Origin: Syntrophaceae bacterium
Lineage (GTDB): Bacteria; Desulfobacterota; Syntrophia; Syntrophales; Smithellaceae
DNA length: 64,000 nt
NCBI GenBank assembly: GCA_016927935.1
Contig: JAFGLS010000119.1
Location: forward strand, 13,291 to 77,290
Direction: 5' to 3'
Below the pieces are notes generated by a model. The model was not told the origin of the DNA, ran no database searches, and saw nothing but the letters and a program-made list of their open reading frames with translations. Positions 27,174 to 36,478 of the stretch are shown here, piece by piece (position 1 is the first letter of the stretch; every line of letters starts with the position of its first letter). Both the position numbers and the translations under genes were made by a program.

Positions 27174-27416
27174 TTGTCAGAAGAAAAACCCAAAGCAAAA
27201 CGTGATCAGTTGAATAAATACAGCGGGATTTTGATGTTATCGGCATGGGGTTTTGCGATGGTACTATCTTCTTTCTTATTTCTATATTTGGGCTATCTTG
27301 TGGACGAAATTCTGGGAACCACTCCGAACTTTATGCTGTGTTCCTTCTTTCTGGCAATCGGTCTCTGCGTATGGAAACTTTATCAAGATGCAAAAGAAAA
27401 AGGAAAGAAACTATAA
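27174..27416 (+). CDS. AtpZ/ATPase_gene1-like small membrane protein (putative F0F1-ATPase accessory subunit family)
   Basis: 80 aa with a TTG start and two TM helices. The pattern LMLSAWGFAMVLSSFLFLYLGYLVDEILGTTPNFML...GLCVWKLY matches the family. It is not followed by atpI or atpB. Confidence 0.55.
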   Translation: MSEEKPKAKRDQLNKYSGILMLSAWGFAMVLSSFLFLYLGYLVDEILGTTPNFMLCSFFLAIGLCVWKLYQDAKEKGKKL

Positions 27417-27471
27417 TTTCATCATTGATTATCCGCTTCTCACTGTATTGCTTCATCCAAAACAAAAGGCG

Positions 27472-27846
27472 CGAAGAAGATCATAAGCCGAGTTCTGTAC
27501 CGCGTCCGGGTTGCCCTTCGCGCGGGGATGATCATTCATCTGGGGCGTGAGTTGCCTCACGTCTCTAGCGACACTACCCGAGAACATTGGACGGGCAGCC
27601 CTCAAACGTTCTCCTATTTGGTCTTGCTCCGGATGGGGTTTACCGTGTCCTTTTCCGTCACCGGAAAAGCGGTGAGCTCTTACCTCGCCTTTTCACCCTT
27701 ACCCGGGCTTTCGCCCGGGCGGTATTTTTTCTGTGGCACTTTCCTTGGAGTCACCTCCAGTCGCCGTTAGCGACCATCCTGCCCTGAGGAGCTCGGACTT
27801 TCCTCCGGCACACCTAAGGTGTATCGGCGATCATCTGATCTTCTCC
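27472..27846 (-). ncRNA. rnpB: RNase P RNA, bacterial type A
   Basis: The minus strand contains GGAGGAAAGTCCGAGCTCC...CAGGGCAGG...GGTAAGGGTGAAAAGG...GGTAAGAGCTCACCG...GGTAAACCCCATCCGGAGCAAG...ACAGAACTCGGCTTAT. The P1 helix is GGAGAAGATCA paired with TGATCTTCTTC. Confidence 0.93.
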
Positions 27847-27973
27847 TGCCTTATATTATAATCATATACTTGATTGATTTTTCTTTCAATGATTGTCTTA
27901 ACAGACCCTAAAAACAAAAAAGAATTTTCCCTTGGATTCAACTTTTTCTGAAATTTATCAGTCCGCCTATAAT

Positions 27974-29200
27974 TTATGGCAAAGGATTCAAGCTGTTTAC
28001 CTGCGCGAATAAAGTGTTTTTCTGATTCAGGAAAATAAAACAATTTAGAGCAGGAGATCCCATGTATAAAATATTTACAAGAGAATTATCGAGACCGACA
28101 GATGCAGGATCGCTCAACTGCGTCAGATTGGTTGCAGATATGTCCGTCTCCACGTTAAAAGGAATGTAATTTTTAAATACTTCCGGTTTAAATTCTATTC
28201 CATACTCGGACAAATACATTACCTTCTTAACATTTTCCTTATCCTTTGCCTTATTGACAGCTTCTGTAAGGCGGTAGGCAATCTGAGGAATGGACATCTT
28301 ATTGATCTCGTCTTTTGTAAACTCGGTCAGACTGGCAAAATATGCATTCCCCATGTACATCGGATGAAGGTCAGAATAGATGTCCCTGAGATTGATAGGT
28401 GTCCTCAATACAATCTTTTCGGTTTTGGGAAGTAAAGAGTCATTATATTTTTTCAACAAGAAAGACGTCATGATTTGATGATTGGAAATTATATATTTCT
28501 CATTTTCCGCTTTTGCCTGATTTTTAATTTCCTTAAAAAACTCATCCGTAAAATATTCATTCTTGGAGTATGTCTTTAAGGCACCTAACTTAAGACGCTT
28601 TTGAATTGTTTCACCCAATTCTGATAACGGCGGAGAAAACACTTTGTCGACTTTATTGAAAAAAACAGGCTTGCCCTTGAACAGTCTCTGAGTCGAGGGA
28701 GGCGGAAAATCAGTACCTTCTATAGCGCATTTCCATATGTAGCACAAAAAAATCGCCGAAAACGCATCTCCTGCCGCATGCGAAGAACGAATTCCGACAA
28801 AGGCTCCGTCCGTCGTCCTTATTAACGTAAGGGCATAAAGGGGTTCACCCGGTAATGTTTTAACATCGACCAGCATCTTTCTTACATCTTCAATATCAAT
28901 GCTGTCATGAGGGACATCAAGATTTCGCATTGTGTGAATTCTTGCTCCGTCTGTACAGTATTGCAACGCATATTGATTGTCTCCGATCATGATCAAACGG
29001 CTGGAAAAAAGATTGTAATGATCCATAGCCTTAAAAATACTATCGATACCTTCCTGATGAGTAGATCCCCTTCTCCAGAAGAACAAAATCTCCAGTGAGT
29101 TTGTGCCGATTAAGTCTTCATTTTCAACTATGTTCAGCGGCAAAATTGTTTTGCCGAGATTTTCTTCCACATAGGCAATTTGTTCTTTGTTAAGTTTCAT
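27974..29200 (-). CDS. Condensation/acyltransferase-superfamily protein with an HxxxD motif
   Basis: 408 aa with IRSSHAAGDAFS (HxxxD) at about residue 140, the position typical of CAT/PapA5/WS-DGAT-like acyltransferases. Confidence 0.55.
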   Translation of the reverse strand: MKLNKEQIAYVEENLGKTILPLNIVENEDLIGTNSLEILFFWRRGSTHQEGIDSIFKAMDHYNLFSSRLIMIGDNQYALQYCTDGARIHTMRNLDVPHDSIDIEDVRKMLVDVKTLPGEPLYALTLIRTTDGAFVGIRSSHAAGDAFSAIFLCYIWKCAIEGTDFPPPSTQRLFKGKPVFFNKVDKVFSPPLSELGETIQKRLKLGALKTYSKNEYFTDEFFKEIKNQAKAENEKYIISNHQIMTSFLLKKYNDSLLPKTEKIVLRTPINLRDIYSDLHPMYMGNAYFASLTEFTKDEINKMSIPQIAYRLTEAVNKAKDKENVKKVMYLSEYGIEFKPEVFKNYIPFNVETDISATNLTQLSDPASVGLDNSLVNILYMGSPALNCFIFLNQKNTLFAQVNSLNPLP

Positions 29201-29232
29201 TAAAATTTACCAATTAATTTTGGGAAAAGTTT

Positions 29233-31104
29233 TTACGACTTCACAAATGCTTTTTTAATAAGCAATCTCGTTAATATGAAAAACACAATTACAGGAAACA
29301 AAAATATTTTCTCAAAAGCAATAAAAGGAAAAACAAGAACTTTAAAAAATTTTTTATTTGTATTTCTTAGTGAATCAACTAATTTGCCGCCGGATTTTTC
29401 CTTGTTTTTAATACTTTGTAAAAAATGGAAGCCAAAAAGATAAATATATATAATTACACAGGATATAACAGCAATTAGCGGAATGTGATGACCTATGTAG
29501 AATGTGGCTTTACTCAGTGTGTCAAATAATCCGCGCATATTATTTGTAGCGGTAGAAAATCTTCCCGAAACAAAAAGGAAGGTATGCCTCAAAATAAATT
29601 CATAGATGAAAAGTTCCATAATCATAACTATTGCTATAGACCAATTCATATTATTAGAAAGAAAAGCACGTATATGGGCAAATCGCCCGGAGTATTGACG
29701 ATGCAATGGCTTTTTCCTTTGTTGATAAGGATCCCAACCTTTTCCGTAATCTTCCATGGAAAAAAGCGCTTCATCTTTATTTTGAGGCTTTTTGCTTTTC
29801 ATGAATGTTATATAAGGGCTACAGAAAAGTTTTTTTACAAATCCAACCAGTGCATTTTTCCACGATGACATGTAAAGATTCATAATTCCAGAAAATATCA
29901 AATAAGGGTAAACAGTGGGCATAAACGTAAGGCCGAGATAAAGATTAAACAATGGATAATTTGCAGCCGGCACAGAATAAATATGCCTTATAATTTTTTT
30001 GATTTTTTCATAAAAAGAACCATCCAATGGACTAAGAGGAACGGTCGGCGTAAAAAAACGGTCTGTAAACTTAAAAACACCGAGTTCAGCAACGGATGAA
30101 ATCATTTCCAATGCCTTTTCTTCTCCATATCTTTCCGCAAACCATTTCTCCAACCGAAGCAAATTTCTTACGTGACGAGCCCTTATTCTTTTAAAGGTTG
30201 ACCAGTCTTCAGACAGGTCGTATCTAACAATGGCATCAGCGGCTATATAAATGTTTTCATGACCGACTAAAGCCGAGAGAGCTACGTCTTCATTACTGCA
30301 ATCCTCATTCATATCGTCAAAATGAAACAGGACACTCGCGTCAGCAATGTATCCCATTCCGGAGATAAATTTCATAAATACACCCTGATTCCTTGGCGGC
30401 AGAGACCCATATCCCCAATAAACACATTCTTCCAATGCCCCCCAAATGGTTCTCCTGTTCCGGTATCTAATGTTGGATCCCACCAGTAAAGGCCTTTTGC
30501 CTATACTTGTATTGGCTTTCTCCCAAATAACATGCATCGCCTTTTCATCCCAGTCAACATCAGCATCGCTAAAAATGACATGTGTAAACTTAGCCGCAAA
30601 ACGTTTTCTTATATAAGTAATGCCACTTTTAAGAGCATTTATTTTACCCGGTTTCCCCTCGTAAATAACTTCTATGGAAATATGATTATTTACGAGTTCC
30701 TTATTGTGTTCATGATAAAACTGGGCAGCAACAGCCGTTGTTTCATCGTAACTGAAATTGTTGGAAATTATAATAGCCACATGAAAATCCAAACGATTTT
30801 TCTGAAAGTATATGGCCGAATTCATCAGATTCTTTAATGTGGAGGGTAATGATATTTCCTCGTTGCGCGCACAAATTAAAATGGGCAGTATTTTTCTGTA
30901 TTCAATCGGCTGTGCTTTTTGAATGGTTTCCGGCATCACATTCAACAGAATTTGCGCATATTGACCGATTGAGGATGCGACACTTTCGTGATCTATTACT
31001 TCCTGAAGTTTTTTCTCCGGTTGTAATCTATTAGCTATCTGATTGATTAAAACCCTTTTATCAGGTTCAAGGTTCAATCTGTGGTTTTGGAGCTGAGAAT
31101 TCAT
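29233..31104 (-). CDS. Family 2 glycosyltransferase fused to a C-terminal multi-TM domain
   Basis: 623 aa. The N-terminal GT-A region has ILICARNEE..., SDADVDWD (DxD) and a C-terminal-side xRxRW-like RARHVRN. There are at least 4 TM helices after residue 380. Confidence 0.7.
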   Translation of the reverse strand: MNSQLQNHRLNLEPDKRVLINQIANRLQPEKKLQEVIDHESVASSIGQYAQILLNVMPETIQKAQPIEYRKILPILICARNEEISLPSTLKNLMNSAIYFQKNRLDFHVAIIISNNFSYDETTAVAAQFYHEHNKELVNNHISIEVIYEGKPGKINALKSGITYIRKRFAAKFTHVIFSDADVDWDEKAMHVIWEKANTSIGKRPLLVGSNIRYRNRRTIWGALEECVYWGYGSLPPRNQGVFMKFISGMGYIADASVLFHFDDMNEDCSNEDVALSALVGHENIYIAADAIVRYDLSEDWSTFKRIRARHVRNLLRLEKWFAERYGEEKALEMISSVAELGVFKFTDRFFTPTVPLSPLDGSFYEKIKKIIRHIYSVPAANYPLFNLYLGLTFMPTVYPYLIFSGIMNLYMSSWKNALVGFVKKLFCSPYITFMKSKKPQNKDEALFSMEDYGKGWDPYQQRKKPLHRQYSGRFAHIRAFLSNNMNWSIAIVMIMELFIYEFILRHTFLFVSGRFSTATNNMRGLFDTLSKATFYIGHHIPLIAVISCVIIYIYLFGFHFLQSIKNKEKSGGKLVDSLRNTNKKFFKVLVFPFIAFEKIFLFPVIVFFILTRLLIKKAFVKS

Positions 31105-31347
31105 TTTGATTATTTAGCCACTCCTTATAATTCATCTTCTCCAAAATCTTTTCCTGCAGAGCTTATGGAATACGATTTTGTATGTCAAGAAAATATTAGC
31201 CACAAAATGCAACAGCAAGGATTAGATAGGAGAAAACATCAAAGATAAATTTTAAAAGATAGTATTTATTGTCAGTTCTTCTTTTTCAAAGACAAATTTT
31301 AAAATTAAATCTATATTGTCTTTAACACTATCATTAATCAGATTAAA

Positions 31348-32157
31348 TCATCGAATAAACTTATCCCAATCATTTATATGCAATCCTATCATCACAATGC
31401 CAAGTAAAATAAATACTAAAGCGGCAACCTTGGTCAAAATTTTTTCCTCAATTCGGTTAGCGAATCTTGCGCCGACAACACCTGCAGTCACCGCTCCTGA
31501 AGCTAAAACAAGCCCTGTCAGGAGATTTACTTCTCCGTGATATCCATAACCAATTGTGCCTGAAAAAGCAGTTACTGCCATCATGAAAGTCGCCGTGCCG
31601 ATAGCCTTCTGCAGATTGAATTTCAATACAAAAATAAGAATTAAAAGTATCATAATTCCGCCGCCTGTCCCGAGCATTCCCGTAATTATCCCGACAATAA
31701 AACCGAGGACCATACTCAATAATACCTGAAAGGAGTAATTCTTAAACTTCAGGACATTGCCAAACATATTTGTAATTGTTTCTTTTTTTAAACCATGGCG
31801 CCACATGACAATTCCCATGATGACAAGACATATCCCAAACAAGCAACCCAATCCCTTATCCGGAACATGAAGAACCGCAACCGCAACCCCGACTTGTGCC
31901 CCCAAAACAGACCCCAAGATAACCCATATCCCCGATTTAATATCAGTATTACCGTGTCTATAGTAAGTGTATGATATAAAAGCAGATGCCAATGTATCAA
32001 CCATCAAACTCGTTCCGATTGATTGTGACATTGAAAAATGTAAAAACATATTTAAAACAGGAACAATTATCATAACAGCGCTTGCTCCTGTAAGGCTCGT
32101 TGTTAAGCCTGCAGAAAGTCCTATCAAAAAAACGAGAATGAATTGCATAATTGACAT
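31348..32157 (-). CDS. TauE/SafE-family (sulfite-exporter-like) permease
   Basis: 269 aa, about 8 TM helices, with an internal repeat carrying G-rich helices (GLSAGLTTSLTGASA / GIITGMLGTGGG). Confidence 0.75.
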   Translation of the reverse strand: MSIMQFILVFLIGLSAGLTTSLTGASAVMIIVPVLNMFLHFSMSQSIGTSLMVDTLASAFISYTYYRHGNTDIKSGIWVILGSVLGAQVGVAVAVLHVPDKGLGCLFGICLVIMGIVMWRHGLKKETITNMFGNVLKFKNYSFQVLLSMVLGFIVGIITGMLGTGGGIMILLILIFVLKFNLQKAIGTATFMMAVTAFSGTIGYGYHGEVNLLTGLVLASGAVTAGVVGARFANRIEEKILTKVAALVFILLGIVMIGLHINDWDKFIR

Positions 32158-32366
32158 CAGATATTCACCTTTTTTCTATTGGCAAAGAAATTTCCGTTCT
32201 GGTGAAAATATTTTTGCAGAAAAGATATCATAAAAAATAATGGAATTATTAACCATTATGGCATTTAAAGAAAAAATTTTAGAGGGGAATTATAAAAAGA
32301 ATATAATTTTTTATCACGTCTTATATCTTCTGCAACCACTCAAGCGTATCAAATTTAAGTCATGAC

Positions 32367-33734
32367 TCAATTCCACAACTCTTCGTCAGTAGGAACCGGA
32401 TTGTCTTTCATATAATAAGCTACACGGGATAAATTAATCAAATGCTTATATGTCAGGTTATCTGAAAAGCTGTTGTGTCCCCAGGTGCCGCATCCTGCCG
32501 TGTTTGTTGGAGCAAGTCCGTTTAAAAAACTGCCTCCCGCACTGGTGGCACAGCACTGATTGATGAGAAATCTGCAAACAGACAAAACATTACCTGCATA
32601 TTCGATATTAGCTTTGTTATGGGAGTGTATGGAAACACTGTGCCCTTTTCCGTCTATTTCAAGGTTCGCTCTCGCAATTTCCACGGCATCCTTAAAATCA
32701 TCATAACGGTAAGCGGTCAGGACCGGACACATCTTTTCCTTGGAAAGAACATCCTTTGTGCCGATTCCGTCCGCTTCTATAATAATGATTTTTGCATCGG
32801 ATGGAATATCAACGCCAGCCAGGGTGGCTATATCCTGAACGGACTTTCCAACCACTTGCCCGCTCATAGTACCATCATTGAACATAACCTGACGAAACGC
32901 CGTTTTCTTGTCGGAATCTGTAATGATAAAAGCACCATTTTTTTTGAACAGATTCATGATTTCATCAAACTTATCCGCCGGAATTATAACGCTTTGCTCT
33001 GAAGCACAGAGGATTCCATTGTCAAACCTTCGGCCTTCAACGATTTTGGAAACGGCATCTTCCATATCTGCATCCCTATCAATAACACACTGAACATTGC
33101 CCGCCCCTACGCCCAATGCCGGTCTTCCGCTGGAATAGGCTGCGTGCACTATACCCATACCACCAGTAGCGACGACTACATCCGCCATGGACATTAGATT
33201 CCTGGTGTTATTTCTGGATTGTTGCGACAGTATCTGAATGATGTCTGCAGGTGCACCGATTTTCTTCAGTTCTGCGTTGATCATTTTCACAGTCTTAGTA
33301 CTACAAACAATAGCTTTATGATGGGGTGAAATGATAATGACGTTTTTTCCTTTCAATGCAAACATGGAATTGCTCATTGTTGTAGCTATGGGATTGGTGC
33401 AAGGGGTGATTGCTGCAACGACACCCATGGGCTTGGCCAAGATTGTGATACCGGTTTGTTCATCACGTTCGATAATACCGACCGACTTTTTTCCCTTAAG
33501 ACTGTTGTAGATCATTCTCGACTTGTTTTTATTTTTTTCCACTTTATCTTCGACCACACCCATTCCGGTTTCTTTTACCGCCATCTCTGCGAGGTATTCC
33601 GCATTATCATAAACTGTTTTAGCTATTACTTTGACAATCTCGTCTACTTGTTCCTGAGTAAAGCTTTCATATTGCTTTTGTGCCTGCCTGGCTCTGTTTA
33701 TGTACTCCTGGATGTACGCTCTACTTAAATCCAT
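32367..33734 (-). CDS. CoA-acylating aldehyde dehydrogenase, SucD-like (succinate-semialdehyde dehydrogenase, acylating)
   Basis: 455 aa. It aligns along its whole length, from memory, with Clostridium kluyveri SucD (QEQVD..., VYDNAE, GMGV.EDKV, GGxG, catalytic Cys in NGILCASEQS, final EELW). Confidence 0.8.
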   Translation of the reverse strand: MDLSRAYIQEYINRARQAQKQYESFTQEQVDEIVKVIAKTVYDNAEYLAEMAVKETGMGVVEDKVEKNKNKSRMIYNSLKGKKSVGIIERDEQTGITILAKPMGVVAAITPCTNPIATTMSNSMFALKGKNVIIISPHHKAIVCSTKTVKMINAELKKIGAPADIIQILSQQSRNNTRNLMSMADVVVATGGMGIVHAAYSSGRPALGVGAGNVQCVIDRDADMEDAVSKIVEGRRFDNGILCASEQSVIIPADKFDEIMNLFKKNGAFIITDSDKKTAFRQVMFNDGTMSGQVVGKSVQDIATLAGVDIPSDAKIIIIEADGIGTKDVLSKEKMCPVLTAYRYDDFKDAVEIARANLEIDGKGHSVSIHSHNKANIEYAGNVLSVCRFLINQCCATSAGGSFLNGLAPTNTAGCGTWGHNSFSDNLTYKHLINLSRVAYYMKDNPVPTDEELWN

Positions 33735-33962
33735 TTTTTAATTTCCTAAATCTTTTATTTCCCGAGCTGTATTTTACTCTGATAATAAATTGTATACTTA
33801 GTTTTGTTCGCATAACACAGTTCCATATATACTTCAAGCTATAATATTAATTTTGATTTTTCGGGCTATGAGATACTGCTTTAGCCCCTGAAGCAAACAC
33901 CATTACTCCCATAACGCACTCGGATATTGGAAAGAAATAGGCTGCTCTTATATGGTATATGC

Positions 33963-34928
33963 TCATGATTTAAGCTCATACCGTATAAGAGCGGCCGCTC
34001 CCAGAATAGCGCCCTTACCAGGTTCCAATCCGGAAAACATTAGTTTCACCGTGCCCTTATAGGCACGAAATAAAAATTTATTCATGTATCGTTCGGTGGG
34101 CTTTATAAGAATATCTCCGGCGTTCGCCAATCCTCCCGCCAGGAAGATAGCCTCCGGACTCAGATGAGCGACTGCGTCCGCCAATTTCATTCCCAAAATC
34201 CGTGCAGTATAATCAAAAGCTTCCAGAGCAAGGACATCTCCTTCCGCCGCCATTTCATATATCCGCTTCGACGTCATTTCCTGATATTTCATTTCTCTGA
34301 GCGAACTGGGATCACTTCGCTCGACAAGCAATGTTTGAACAGTTTTTTTCAAACCCGCTGCCGAGGCATAAGTTTCCAGACATCCTCTTTTACCGCATCG
34401 ACATTGCCGTCCGTCCGGATCCACCATTGTGTGTCCCAACTCTCCGGCAAAACCGCTGCTTCCGTGCAACAGATGGCCATCGGCAACTATGCCGCCTCCC
34501 ACGCCTGTACCCAAAGTAATAACCAGGAAATGCTTCATGCCGCGGGCTTTGCCAAAATGCATTTCGCCAAGAGCCACTGCCTTGGCATCATTGATAATAG
34601 ACACGGGCACATCATAATACTTCCGGACGAGCGCGATAAAATCAACAACTTCTCCCCAATTCAGATTTACCATCTTCTCGATGGTGCCGCGCTCATGATG
34701 AGCGTTTGGAGAACCGATACCGATTCCGCATAAGCGATAAGGAAACGGCAGGTCAATGCTTGCTTTGGTTATGCATTCATGAAGTCTTGACACGAAAGAT
34801 TCGGCGGATTCGCAGGAATCGGCGGGGATGGAGGTAAAGTTGAAAATCGTTCCCTTATTATCCACAAATCCAAAGGCTGTTTTAGTTCCGCCAATATCAA
34901 TACCCAAAACTAGATCCTTGTCCTGCAT
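33963..34928 (-). CDS. ROK-family sugar kinase (glucokinase-like)
   Basis: N-terminal DIGGTK, the ROK signature GxGxGGG (TLGTGVGGGIV), and the zinc motif GHTMVDPDGRQCRCGKRGCLE. Confidence 0.88.
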   Translation of the reverse strand: MQDKDLVLGIDIGGTKTAFGFVDNKGTIFNFTSIPADSCESAESFVSRLHECITKASIDLPFPYRLCGIGIGSPNAHHERGTIEKMVNLNWGEVVDFIALVRKYYDVPVSIINDAKAVALGEMHFGKARGMKHFLVITLGTGVGGGIVADGHLLHGSSGFAGELGHTMVDPDGRQCRCGKRGCLETYASAAGLKKTVQTLLVERSDPSSLREMKYQEMTSKRIYEMAAEGDVLALEAFDYTARILGMKLADAVAHLSPEAIFLAGGLANAGDILIKPTERYMNKFLFRAYKGTVKLMFSGLEPGKGAILGAAALIRYELKS

Positions 34929-35283
34929 TCAGCTCTCTCCGACGGATAGACAGTTTAGAGACAATTTGATTTAAAATCACTTCCGTTTGCTAAACTATAA
35001 AAAACGCTGTTTTGTATGTCAATTAAAAACTGCGTAAAATCATCAACATTTTCAACATCTAAATGAGGCATTATTTACAAGTTTAAACATAATATCTGTA
35101 ATAATCCACGAGAAAGGTTTAAAATATTAAATTGCTCATGAAGTCGCAAGACAAATACATATAATAAAAACTCTTGACATCTTTTTACAGACACTATTAA
35201 AGTAGCGAAAAATCATTTTACATAAAATAAAGTAAGATAAATACATTAAATTAAATCCAAAAACCATCCAAAAAGGAGATAAC

Positions 35284-35856
35284 ATGTCTCAACAAACTTT
35301 TACCATTACAGTCAACGTCAAAGAATTGTTAACCGAGTTTATCCCCAAACTGGCGAAGGAGTATGTTCAGATGCGGGGAGACCAGGCGGAACTTAAAGGT
35401 ACGGAACTGACGCTAACCGTGGACATAGTGGGTTGCCTATACAGTTATATAATAAAGGATGGCGTCGACTTCGAAGTAAAGGAAGGCGACATAAACAACC
35501 CTAAGGTCCGGATTTCTATTTCTCTCGAAAGCATGGCAAAATTTGCTGATATGAAGAACATTGACATGTTAATCAGCATGCAAAAACAGTTGACCAGAAA
35601 AAAGTACGAGATACTTTCCGATTTAAAGGGAACCAGCGTTTTTCAGATAAAAACACCAGACGATACAACCTCTGAAATAACGGTAATATTTAACGGTGCG
35701 CAGGCGCCCAAAGCAACATTGAAACTCTCCATGCAGGAAGCCAACCTGATCAGTAGCGGTAAGGAATCCCCAGTTAATCTTTTTATGTCCGGCAAAATGA
35801 AGATCGAGGGCGATATGGCCTTTGCCATGAGACTGCAACCGTTGTTTGTAGCCTGA
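35284..35856 (+). CDS. SCP2 (sterol carrier protein 2-like) lipid-binding domain protein
   Basis: 190 aa with the C-terminal SCP2 signature FMSGKMKIEGDMAFAMRLQPLF. RBS is AAGGAG. Confidence 0.7.
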   Translation: MSQQTFTITVNVKELLTEFIPKLAKEYVQMRGDQAELKGTELTLTVDIVGCLYSYIIKDGVDFEVKEGDINNPKVRISISLESMAKFADMKNIDMLISMQKQLTRKKYEILSDLKGTSVFQIKTPDDTTSEITVIFNGAQAPKATLKLSMQEANLISSGKESPVNLFMSGKMKIEGDMAFAMRLQPLFVA

Positions 35857-35968
35857 ATAATTTGAGGCGTTGATGCAATTTTAAGATAACGTGTAAGATT
35901 TCAGACGTTTGGGAATGTTGCATACACGTCATATAACACGGTAACATAAACTCTTCCCTGAATAATCA

Positions 35969-36403
35969 ATGGGTATTAAAAGAAATTTCTACAAAATCCG
36001 GCTTTCGCTACTTATGTACGGCTTTGTTTGGTTGCTTCGAACAGCCGGAATTATCAACAGGGATTTTCATACACAATTGGCTCAGACAGATTTTACATTT
36101 ATCATGGGTTCCAAAGAAGATGACTCTGTACGTTACTTTCAGCTTATCGGCGGCAAACTACGCTCGGGCCGCAAACATATTTCCAAAGACTTTGCCCTGA
36201 TCTGGCGGGATAACCAATCCGGGGGGGAAGTTATGATAGACATGATTCTCGGCAAGCGCAAAGCCCTTTATAATGCTGTAATTAATGGTGTGTTAATGTT
36301 GGAAGGTGAAGGCAAATATGTTTCCTTATTCATGGAAACCATGAATAAGCTCAACCGATTATTTTATCCTAAAAAAGGAAAAGATTACGATAAAACTGCT
36401 TGA
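35969..36403 (+). CDS. Second SCP2-like domain protein
   Basis: 144 aa with ...LYNAVINGVLMLEGEGKYVSLFMETMNKL resembling the SCP2 C-terminal helix-strand motif. Weaker than the first. Confidence 0.45.
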   Translation: MGIKRNFYKIRLSLLMYGFVWLLRTAGIINRDFHTQLAQTDFTFIMGSKEDDSVRYFQLIGGKLRSGRKHISKDFALIWRDNQSGGEVMIDMILGKRKALYNAVINGVLMLEGEGKYVSLFMETMNKLNRLFYPKKGKDYDKTA

Positions 36404-36478
36404 TCCGTAAATTGCCTGTTTAAATTCAAGATTTTTTAATATATGACATTGAACCCTAAAAAATGCGGAGAAATATTT

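Noticed and set aside
27528-27787. Track ORFs 27528..27770 (+) and 27587..27787 (+), 80 and 66 aa
   Set aside because: They lie entirely inside the RNase P RNA gene on the opposite strand, have no RBS and give low-complexity translations.
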